A stretch of DNA of 64,000 nucleotides from Vicinamibacterales bacterium (GCA_965220695.1 OZ244838.1:2530377-2594376); one strand, 5' to 3'; counted from the stretch's first letter, positions 9,596-16,738 are shown. Notes: generated from the letters alone by a model not told the origin. Made by a program: numbers and translations.

Positions 9596-12500
9596 TCAGC
9601 ACGTCACGGCCTCGCGGCGCGGCGCCGGCGCCAGCACGTCGTACAGCACCGGGACGACACAGATCGACAGGACCGTGCCGGCGAGGAGCCCGCCAATCAG
9701 CGTCAGCGCCAGCGCCCGCTGCAGCTCGTGGGCCGGCGCGGTGGTCAGCGCCAGCGGCGCGACCGCCAGCACGGTCGTGACCGTCGTCATCAGGATCGGC
9801 CGCACGCGCAGCAGTGCCGCCGCGATGATGGCCTGTCGCGCGCCGCCCGGTTCGGCGTCGCGGTGTTTCAGGCGGATGAAGTCGACCATGACGACGGCGT
9901 CGTCCACCCCGATCCCGATCAGCACCGCGGCCGCCATGATCGTGAAGACGTTCACGGTCAGGCCGAACACCCACCAGGTGGCGACGACGCCGGCCAGCGT
10001 CAGCGGCACGGCGAGGAGCACGACGAACGCCAGGCGGACCGACTCGAACTCTGCCGACAGGCAGATCGCAACGAGCACCAGTGCGATAATCAGGACCCAG
10101 CGAAACGAGGCGAGCGACTCGGCGGCGTCGGCGCTCCGTGTCCGCACCTGTACGCGGACGTCGGGCGGCAGCGAAAGCTGCGCCAGCGCCTCGCCCAGAC
10201 GGCGCTCCAGGCCGGCCCGGGCCAGACCGTCCGGCGCCAGGCTCACCGTCAGCACCCGGCGGTGGTCGCGCCGAGTGATTTCCGCCGCCGCCGCGTCCGC
10301 CACGGGCGTACCGAGCAGGCCGAGCGGCACCTGCGGCCGGCGCGCCGCGGCCCCGCCCTCGCGGCCCTCGACCAGGCCGCGCCGCGGCACGATCGGGATT
10401 CGGTCGAGCGACGACGCGGGGCTCGCGCCGTGTTCCAGCGAATGCCGCAAGACCACCTGCAACGGCGGGTCCCCGATGCGGAGCTGGGCGACCGTGTCCC
10501 CACGCGTGACGTAGCCGATTTGTTCCGCGGTCTCAGCCGCCGAGAGGCCGAACGCGCCCAGAGCGTCCTGGTCGAGGTTCAGCCGGACTTGCGACACGGG
10601 GTCCGGCGGCGCGGCGACGACCCGGCCGAGATCGCCGCGGTCGTCGACGAGCGCGGCGAACGCATCCGCAAGCCGCCGCAACTCCGCCAGGTCGGCGCCC
10701 GAAAAGGCGACATCGATCGGGCCGGCCAGCAAGCCGAGGACATCGTGCAGCGGCGTCCGGGTGGGCTCGACCCGCACGTCGAAACCCGGTAGCCGCCGCT
10801 CGACCGCGCGCCCGAGATCGCCCACTCCCGCCGAGTCCGCCACATGGAACTGCGCCCGCACCGCGGCGCGGCGCATCCATCCGTCGCCAGTCAGGTCATT
10901 GACCGCCTGCAGGCCCGCCGTGGTCAGCACCTGCTCGGCGTCCGTCGCCGCCTCGATGGTCGCTTCGAGCGTGGCGGCGGCCAGCTCCAGATGCTCGATC
11001 GCCATGCCGTGGCGCGGGTCCGCCGCCACGCTGACGTCGCCGGTGTCGACCGGTGGCGCCACCTCGCGCGGCGTCCGAAGCACCCCGACGGCGGCCGCGA
11101 CCACTAGCGCCGCGGCGGCCGAGAGCGTCAGCCACCGGCGCCGCAGCAGCACGCCGAGCAGCCGTCCGAGAACCGTGGTCCACGGCTCCTTGGGCGCCCG
11201 CACCGGCCCCCGTCCCGCCAGGAGCGCCGACAGCGCCGGGACGAGGGTCAACGACACGACCCACGCCACCACGACCGCCACGCTCACCGTGACCGCCTGG
11301 TCGCGGAAGAGCGCGCCGGCGAAGCCGCCGACCGCGACCACCGGCAGGAAGACGACCAGCGTGGTGACGGTCACGCTCGTGATCGGCGCCAACACCTGCG
11401 ACGTCCCGGCCGTCGCGGCGGCGGCCGGCGCGAAGCCTTGTTCGCGATGCCGCTGGATGTTCTCGACGACGATGATCGCCGTGTTGACCAGCAGGCCGAC
11501 GCCAACTGCCAACCCGCCCAGGGAAATGACGTTGATCGAGATGTCGAGCCAGTCCATCGCCGCCAGGGCGCCGAGCACCGCCACCGGAACGACGATGCCG
11601 ATCACGACCGACTGCCGCCAGTCGCCCAGGAAGAAGAAGAGCACGCCGAAAGCGAGCGCGCCGCCCAGGACAACGGAGGTCAACGCCCCGCGCAACGCGT
11701 CACGGATGAAGCCGGCCTGCGCGTAGGCGACGTCGAGCCCGATATCCGGGTGCTGCGCACGGAACTCGTCGAGCAGGCCGGTGACCGCGTCGGTCAGCGC
11801 CAGGGCGTTGCCGGAGGCGTCCTTGTAGAGGCGGATCCCGACGACCGGCCGGCCCGCGAAGCGCAGCACCGAATCCGGCTCGCTCGGCGCCATGCCGACG
11901 CGGGCGACGTCGGCGAGCAGCACGCGGGGGTCTGCGCCTGGCTCGGAGACGACGACCGTCGCGAAGTCCGACACCGACTCGACGAGGGCAGGCACGCGCA
12001 GGCTGTAGCGATACGGTCCCTTTCGGAGCGTGCCGCTCTCCGGGACCGTCACCGCCCGGCGCAGCGCCTCCGCGATCTCCGCCGGCGCGACGTCCAGCAG
12101 GCGCGCCCGGGCGGGGTCGATCTCCACCAGTACCCGCTCGTCCCGGGCGCCGGCCAACTCGGCGCTGGCAACGCCCGGAATCTGCTCCAGCCGCGGCCGG
12201 AGAAGCTCGCGAATCGCCTTGCTGAGGGCGATCAGGCGCCACGCCTCCTGCGCGCCGGCCGCCGGCGCCAGCGACACGCCGTACCCGGCCCAATCCAGGT
12301 CGCCGCTCGAGCCGCCGTTACGCGGATCGCTGGTTGACGCCGCCAACACCAGGAACGGACGGTTTCCCGGATCCCACCGTCGCACCGTGGGGGGCGCCGC
12401 CGCCTCCGGCAAACCGTAGCGCACCTCGTCCAGCCGTTCCCGGACGTTGAGAATGGCGATGTCGACGTCTGTCATCCAGGGGAAGGTCAGCGTGATCACG

Positions 12501-12775
12501 GCGATCCCGTCGCGTGACATCGAGGCGACATCCTGCACGCCGGGGACGCCGCCGAGCGCCTGCTCGATCGGAATCGTCACCAGCTCCTCAATCTCGGCCG
12601 CGGGCGCGTCCTCCATCCGCACCTGCACCGAAACCTGCGGCAACTCAAGCGAGGGCAGAAGGTCGACCGGGATCCGCAGGCAGGCGACGACCCCGAACAG
12701 GACCACCGCCAGGGCGCCCATGCTCGCGCCGATCGGCCGCGCGACAAAGGTGCGAATCATCGCGTTCCGCTCCAA
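9596..12775 (-). CDS. RND (AcrB/MdtB-type) inner-membrane efflux permease
   Basis: 1059-aa ORF. N-terminus MIRTFVARPIGASMGALAVVLFG. AcrB-like motifs (AIIVVENI, GIGVDDAVVMVD). Tandem with a second RND permease, as in MdtBC-type heteromeric pumps. Confidence 0.85.
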   Translation of the reverse strand: MERNAMIRTFVARPIGASMGALAVVLFGVVACLRIPVDLLPSLELPQVSVQVRMEDAPAAEIEELVTIPIEQALGGVPGVQDVASMSRDGIAVITLTFPWMTDVDIAILNVRERLDEVRYGLPEAAAPPTVRRWDPGNRPFLVLAASTSDPRNGGSSGDLDWAGYGVSLAPAAGAQEAWRLIALSKAIRELLRPRLEQIPGVASAELAGARDERVLVEIDPARARLLDVAPAEIAEALRRAVTVPESGTLRKGPYRYSLRVPALVESVSDFATVVVSEPGADPRVLLADVARVGMAPSEPDSVLRFAGRPVVGIRLYKDASGNALALTDAVTGLLDEFRAQHPDIGLDVAYAQAGFIRDALRGALTSVVLGGALAFGVLFFFLGDWRQSVVIGIVVPVAVLGALAAMDWLDISINVISLGGLAVGVGLLVNTAIIVVENIQRHREQGFAPAAAATAGTSQVLAPITSVTVTTLVVFLPVVAVGGFAGALFRDQAVTVSVAVVVAWVVSLTLVPALSALLAGRGPVRAPKEPWTTVLGRLLGVLLRRRWLTLSAAAALVVAAAVGVLRTPREVAPPVDTGDVSVAADPRHGMAIEHLELAAATLEATIEAATDAEQVLTTAGLQAVNDLTGDGWMRRAAVRAQFHVADSAGVGDLGRAVERRLPGFDVRVEPTRTPLHDVLGLLAGPIDVAFSGADLAELRRLADAFAALVDDRGDLGRVVAAPPDPVSQVRLNLDQDALGAFGLSAAETAEQIGYVTRGDTVAQLRIGDPPLQVVLRHSLEHGASPASSLDRIPIVPRRGLVEGREGGAAARRPQVPLGLLGTPVADAAAAEITRRDHRRVLTVSLAPDGLARAGLERRLGEALAQLSLPPDVRVQVRTRSADAAESLASFRWVLIIALVLVAICLSAEFESVRLAFVVLLAVPLTLAGVVATWWVFGLTVNVFTIMAAAVLIGIGVDDAVVMVDFIRLKHRDAEPGGARQAIIAAALLRVRPILMTTVTTVLAVAPLALTTAPAHELQRALALTLIGGLLAGTVLSICVVPVLYDVLAPAPRREAVTC

Positions 12776-12777
12776 CT

Positions 12778-13311
12778 TCAGATGGCGGGAGGTTCCTCGT
12801 TCAACTGCTTGGGCGAGTGCGGCCTACCATCACCACGGTCCGCCTGTTTCAGACAGATGCCGCGCGCCTCAAGTGTACGCTCGACACACGCGATCGCGTG
12901 ATCGTTGCGGACCAGATGCTGGTGGAGCAGGTAATCGGCAACCGATGGCGGCGCCGAACCGTTCCGCCGATATTCGAGACCACCCCTGTCGAGAAGAGCC
13001 GCCGCGGTCCGGGGATCGCACGCGGAGAGCTCTGCCGCCGGGTCCCACCGCTCGCCGCCGTGCGATCTGACAATGAGCCTCAAAAGGCGCGCGAAGTCAA
13101 GCGACTCCTTCGTACGCTGACCGGCCGCAGTACACCGGGCGCGCACCGTGCTCACGCTGGCGCCGAGGAACTGTCCCCAGCTCGCCAATGTCTGCGGATC
13201 CGAGTCGCAGTCCAACGTTCGTACAACGAGCGATGCCCAACTGGCGTATGCGTTCACTTTCTGCACCTGCGGAAGACTCAATGGACGACGACGCATTCCT
13301 GTCCATGCCAC
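12778..13311 (-). CDS. Hypothetical protein with a possible helix-turn-helix; first gene of the RND operon
   Basis: 177-aa ORF (GTG 13311, alternative ATG 13296). Its stop is 2 nt before the RND start. The segment TLASWGQFLGASVSTVRARC looks HTH-like. No family recognised. A 128-bp internal piece is copied at 20738 and 22262. Confidence 0.45.
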   Translation of the reverse strand: MAWTGMRRRPLSLPQVQKVNAYASWASLVVRTLDCDSDPQTLASWGQFLGASVSTVRARCTAAGQRTKESLDFARLLRLIVRSHGGERWDPAAELSACDPRTAAALLDRGGLEYRRNGSAPPSVADYLLHQHLVRNDHAIACVERTLEARGICLKQADRGDGRPHSPKQLNEEPPAI

Positions 13312-13610
13312 GTCAACGACAGCTTCGACACGCCGGAAGCCTATAAGGTCGTGCGAGGTATCGTCAAGTCGTCTTCGCCACGAACCAGGTACAGAACGAA
13401 GGCCTTCGGCGATACGAAAGATGAATTATGCCTATGCCATAATTAAATTATGCCTGCCGTTACGCCTACAGTGTTGCGCGTACTGTCAAGTCGTGTGATA
13501 TTGCGACGAATATTGCGAACGATATTGCTTGATGGCGAGAAGATTCGTGTTGAAAATATGCTTGTTTGATCTGGCGTCGCAAGGCGACATCGGAGGACAA
13601 GGAGGTTGTG
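13312..13610. promoter_or_regulatory. AT-rich divergent intergenic control region with short direct repeats
   Basis: The lowest-GC stretch of the window, lying between divergent genes. ATATTGC occurs three times at an exact 12-bp period (13498, 13510, 13522). AATTATGCCT occurs twice, 22 bp apart (13424, 13446). GGAGG at 13601 precedes ATG 13611. Confidence 0.4.
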
Positions 13611-13841
13611 ATGTGCAGAGTCATGAGGACGTGGCGGACGGAGTTCGTAATGGTGTTGCTTGCCCTTTGCTTGGTTGCCACCGCTACGGCAACGGTGACG
13701 GCGCAGATTGAATCGGAGTACCCCTGTCTCTTGTGGTTTGAGGGAATTGCCGAGGTCGACATCGACGAAGGTTGCCACTTCGTGCCCGGTGGCGAAGGAT
13801 GCGTGTATTGCTATATGCAAATAAACATAACCGTAGAATAG
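13611..13841 (+). CDS. Small secreted Cys-rich acidic peptide (76-aa precursor, ~46-aa mature)
   Basis: ATG 13611 is preceded by GGAGG. Signal-like MCRVMRTWRTEFVMVLLALCLVATATATVTA, then QIESEYPCLLWFEGIAEVDIDEGCHFVPGGEGCVYCYMQINITVE (4 Cys). Codon usage is more AT-rich than the neighbours. No family recognised. Confidence 0.5.
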   Translation: MCRVMRTWRTEFVMVLLALCLVATATATVTAQIESEYPCLLWFEGIAEVDIDEGCHFVPGGEGCVYCYMQINITVE

Positions 13842-13920
13842 ACTGTCGGACAACGTGGACATCACAACAGGGCGCACCGATGGGTTTGCAGGGTGCGCCG
13901 CGCGTGACGGGAGTGGGGCG

Positions 13921-15171
13921 ATGCGAACGACACGGAGCCGGTGCGGCCGGGCAACCGGTCGCAGAGCGCGCTCTTCGCGCGGATCCTTCGTGATCGGTTC
14001 CCACCGGCAGTGCGTCCGTCTGGGGCTGCTTGGCGCGGCACTGGTAACGGCCTGCGCCGGGCCGACGCAGCCGCATGCGATCGATGCGCAAGGCCGCCCG
14101 GCGGTCATTGATGAGAGGATTACGATTACGTGGCCGGTGGGTGTGCCCTCGGGAGTGATCGCTAACATTGAGATTTGCGGCGATCGCGCGTATCTGCGTG
14201 TGGCTCGGCAGCAAGTGATCCGCGTGGTTGACCTCGCTGCAGGACGGGTGGTGGGGCAGATCGGCCGCGGCGGTGAAGGGCCCGGCGAGTTGCGGTCCCC
14301 GACAGGTCTCATGGTGGATTGCGCCCGCGGGAGGCTCTATGTCGGCGAGGGTCCCTCCGGCATCACCGTCTATCGCCTTTCGGACGGGGAGTACGTGCGA
14401 AAATATTTCCAGCCGGATACCTTCGGGTTGACCGTCGGGTCTCCGATGTTTCTGTCGCCGGACGGCGCACGCCTGTTTGCGGGAGGATTGTGGGCGGCAT
14501 CAATGGAGCGATGGCGGGGCTTCAACCGCCGCCCGCAGGATGAAGTGCTGGCAGGGATGCAATTGGGCTTGGCCGTGTCCCTGGCGGACGGCGCCGCGAC
14601 ACCGTTGTTGTCGGGCCCGATCGAAACCACCTGTATCGGTTTGTTCGAGAACTGCCGTACCGTGACGATAGCGCGTGTGGACGGCGCGTCGGACCCGTGG
14701 GTCGTTGCGCAGGCCACCGCGACCTCGCTCGGCGTGTACGACCACGACGGTGCGCTGGTGCGCACCATCGACGTGCGGTCGCCGTCGTTTCTGCGCGACG
14801 GGTCCCGCGCGCAGCGCATGAGCCGCGACGGCGGCGGGCTGGTGGCCATGGCGGATTGGGGCCTGACCAACAGCACCATCCGGATGGTCTACGCATTCGG
14901 GAATGTTATCGCCACCGTGCACCGACATCATGCAGTGGAGTACAACCAGCTGGGAACGATGCAGTACAACGTCTTCATGAACCTGCACTCGCACGATGGG
15001 GATGCGCTTGTCAGTGACATCCGCCTGCCGGGTCTTCCGCTGGGACGCGACGACACGCACCTGCTGTTCATCGACTGGGGGCAGGCCGGACGCAGGATGG
15101 CCTTCGACGCGGTGGACCTCGTGCGCGTGCCGGTCCTGGCCGGCGAGGCCGGCTTCGTGCGGGGCGAATAG
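13921..15171 (+). CDS. NHL-repeat-like beta-propeller lipoprotein, paralog 1 of 5
   Basis: Track ORF 13855..15171. ATG 13921 (MRTTRSRCGR...) is conserved in all five paralogs. Lipobox-like LGAALVTAC. NHL-like motif GQIGRGGEGPGELRSP. Conserved Cys pairs (ICGDRAY, DCARGRL, TCIG..ENCRTV). Confidence 0.7.
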   Translation: MRTTRSRCGRATGRRARSSRGSFVIGSHRQCVRLGLLGAALVTACAGPTQPHAIDAQGRPAVIDERITITWPVGVPSGVIANIEICGDRAYLRVARQQVIRVVDLAAGRVVGQIGRGGEGPGELRSPTGLMVDCARGRLYVGEGPSGITVYRLSDGEYVRKYFQPDTFGLTVGSPMFLSPDGARLFAGGLWAASMERWRGFNRRPQDEVLAGMQLGLAVSLADGAATPLLSGPIETTCIGLFENCRTVTIARVDGASDPWVVAQATATSLGVYDHDGALVRTIDVRSPSFLRDGSRAQRMSRDGGGLVAMADWGLTNSTIRMVYAFGNVIATVHRHHAVEYNQLGTMQYNVFMNLHSHDGDALVSDIRLPGLPLGRDDTHLLFIDWGQAGRRMAFDAVDLVRVPVLAGEAGFVRGE

Positions 15172-15172
15172 C

Positions 15173-15736
15173 ATGGAGGACTCGTTGGATGCACCCGGAT
15201 CCACGACCGGCACGTCGACGGCGGCAACTGCCGACGGCGAGGCGGCGAGGTCGACGGTCGCCGGCCGTACGGTCGGGCGGCCCCGTTCCAGGTTGCGTGT
15301 GGCGGCCAGACTGCTGTTGGGGGCGCTGATCCTCGTGTCCGTCGGCGTGCTCATCAGCGACTACCGGCGGCAAGTCACCTGGACACGGGATCTGGCGGCG
15401 GCGTATGCGTTCGTCGCGGACCATCCCGAGGTGTCACGGTATCTCCCCTGCTTTTGCGGTTGCGGTCAACAGGCGGGACATTCGTCCGTGGACAGTTGCT
15501 TCGTGAGTCGACGGGACGATGCAGGGAACGTCGTCTCCGAGAACGCACACGCCAGAACCTGACCGGTGTGCGTCGACATCGCGCGTGTCGCGATGCGGAT
15601 GCACCAAGGCGGCGACACGGTTTCCGAGATTCAAGGCGCCATCGATGGAGCATACGGGGCGACGAATGTCCTCAGAACCGACACCCCGGCATGGCCAGAC
15701 CAGCGACCGGCCGCGGAGGCCGAGACGCCGCAGTAG
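15173..15736 (+). CDS. Membrane-anchored PCYCGC-family protein with in-frame TGA at 15560-15562 (candidate selenocysteine, U-P-V-C), copy 1
   Basis: ATG lies 1 nt after the NHL-1 stop (TAGcATG). TM helix RLRVAARLLLGALILVSVGVLI. AYAFVADHPEVSRYLPCFCGCGQQAGHSSVDSCF matches the PCYCGC signature. The track ORF stops at TGA 15560, but the frame stays open 57 more codons (PVCVDIARVAMRMHQGGDTVSEIQGAIDGAYG...) to TAG 15734-15736. A hairpin follows the TGA. Confidence 0.6.
15568..15604 (+). promoter_or_regulatory. SECIS-like hairpin 6 nt downstream of TGA 15560
   Basis: GUGCGUC/GGAUGCAC outer stem (7 bp, one G-U), a 2x2 internal loop, CAUCGCG/CGCGAUG inner stem (7 bp) and apical loop CGUGU at 15584-15588, i.e. 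22-26 nt after the UGA. Identical in all three copies. Confidence 0.5.
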
Positions 15737-15860
15737 TGGCAGGTGGACCTGGCACCGGAGGCTATATGGCTCGACACGTTCCAACCGCATGGTCCTCAGC
15801 GGCCCATAGCAGTCCGTGGTGAAACCCGCGTTGCACCGAGATCGGCGATGCGCGCGCTGA

Positions 15861-16147
15861 GCAAGACCTGTAGGGGCAACCCTTGTGGTTGCCCTGTTGT
15901 ACGCAAGACCTGTAGGGGCAACCCTTGTGGTTGCCCTGTTGTACGCAAGACCTGTAGGGGCAACCCTTGTGGTTGCCCTGTTGTACGCAAGACCTGTAGG
16001 CGCAACCCTTGTAGTTGCCCTGTTGTACGCAAGACCTGTAGGGGCAACCCTTGTGGTTGCCCTGTTGTACGCAAGACCTGTAGGCGCAACCCTTGTAGTT
16101 GCCCTGTTGTACGCAAGACCTGTAGGGGCAACCCTTGTGGTTGCCCT
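15861..16147 (+). repeat. Tandem array of 7 x 42-bp REP-like hairpin units
   Basis: Unit gcaagacctgtaGGGGCAACCcttgtGGTTGCCCtgttgtac (8-bp stem, 5-nt loop). Copies start at 15861, 15903, 15945, 15987, 16029, 16071 and 16113. Copies 4 and 6 carry the same two substitutions (taggCgcaacccttgtAgttgccc). Confidence 0.9.
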
Positions 16148-16197
16148 CTTCGTCAGCAGGAACAACGACGCGCAGCAGGATGCAGCGTGAAACAGCA

Positions 16198-16257
16198 GAA
16201 TTCAGCGGGGAAAGGCTGAATTCAGCGGGAGAGCTCAGAATTCAGCGGGGATCGAAC
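16198..16257 (+). repeat. Tandem array of 3 x 20-bp GAATTCAGCGGG units
   Basis: GAATTCAGCGGG at 16198, 16218 and 16238, plus a degenerate fourth unit. The core (C)TGAATTCAG is palindromic and AT-rich relative to the genome. Confidence 0.85.
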
Positions 16258-16429
16258 GCAGCGGGGCTTTTGCCACGGACTGCTACTAACCGCCTGATCA
16301 GGTCACCGTCTCCGAGCTCCCGCACTGCAGATGACGCGAACGAGGATCAGCGTTCCCCTCCTCTACTCCATCTCATCCTCGTTCAGAGCCGTTGCCGGCC
16401 CCAACCGATTCAGACCGCCGTCGGGCGCC

Positions 16430-16620
16430 TCACAAACTGTATCCGTCCGGCGAGTACGCGACGGCCTCCGGGAAGTAGATGTTCTCGATGATGGATCGAC
16501 CCATGTAGACGGGCGAGGTCGCGGTCCTGTTCCGAGCCAGGGTCCGCATGAACGCGTTCTCGTCCTTCGGCGCCGGGATGCCCACCTCAAGGCAGATGCG
16601 GACTATGCCGGGGACGACGC
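16430..16620 (-). pseudogene. Dead 3'-terminal fragment of the alpha/beta hydrolase gene found intact at 26805..27962
   Basis: Track ORF 16430..16639 ends ...GIVRICLEVGIPAPKDENAFMRTLARNRTATSPVYMGRSIIENIYFPEAVAYSPDGYSL. The intact gene's C-terminus reads ...GIVRTCLEVGIPAPEDENAFMRTLARNRTATSPVYMGRSIIENIYFPGAVAYSPDGYSF. No N-terminal part is present. Confidence 0.85.
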
Positions 16621-16657
16621 GCGCCGGCAGAGGGTACACCGATGGGTCCGTAAGGAG

Positions 16658-16702
16658 TCTGCGCCGTCAGTAGGTTGTAAGCTGTATTCTCTGCGGCGCA
16701 GA
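16658..16702 (+). promoter_or_regulatory. Conserved leader element with 9-bp inverted repeat upstream of NHL paralogs 2-5
   Basis: TCTGCGCCG-(27 nt AT-rich: tcagtaggttgtaagctgtattctctg)-CGGCGCAGA. Near-identical blocks lie ahead of the starts at 19462, 20983 and 22503. Function unknown. Confidence 0.3.
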
Positions 16703-16738
16703 TTCCACGAGCGCGCCGCGCGAGAGGGACGCGGAACG

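Larger units (their letters stand above)
15807..16285. repeat. Composite repeat block bounded by imperfect inverted repeats (MITE-like), copy 1
   Basis: Left TAGCAGTCCGTGGTGAAACCCGC (15807-15829). Right reverse complement TAGCAGTCCGTGGCAAAAGCCCCGC (16261-16285). Encloses the 42-bp and 20-bp tandem arrays. TA dinucleotides sit at both borders if the IR is taken as GCAGTCCGTGG. Confidence 0.45.

Noticed and set aside
15560-15562. In-frame TGA explained by an alternative genetic code (TGA=Trp/Gly), or by three simple nonsense pseudogenes
   Set aside because: TGA clearly terminates well-supported genes here (imuB, dnaE2, the 2Fe-2S subunit and others), so global reassignment is unlikely. The pseudogene reading cannot be excluded, because the copies are recent duplicates. 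It is disfavoured by the U-x-x-C position in the domain, the downstream hairpin, the frame remaining open up to the point where inter-copy homology ends, and the bona fide Sec redoxin nearby.
15861-16147. Possible CRISPR array (regular 42-bp period with a palindromic core); likewise 18665-18825
   Set aside because: The whole 42-bp unit repeats head-to-tail, with no unique spacer sequences between repeats. No cas genes are present in the window. It behaves as a REP/tandem-repeat array.
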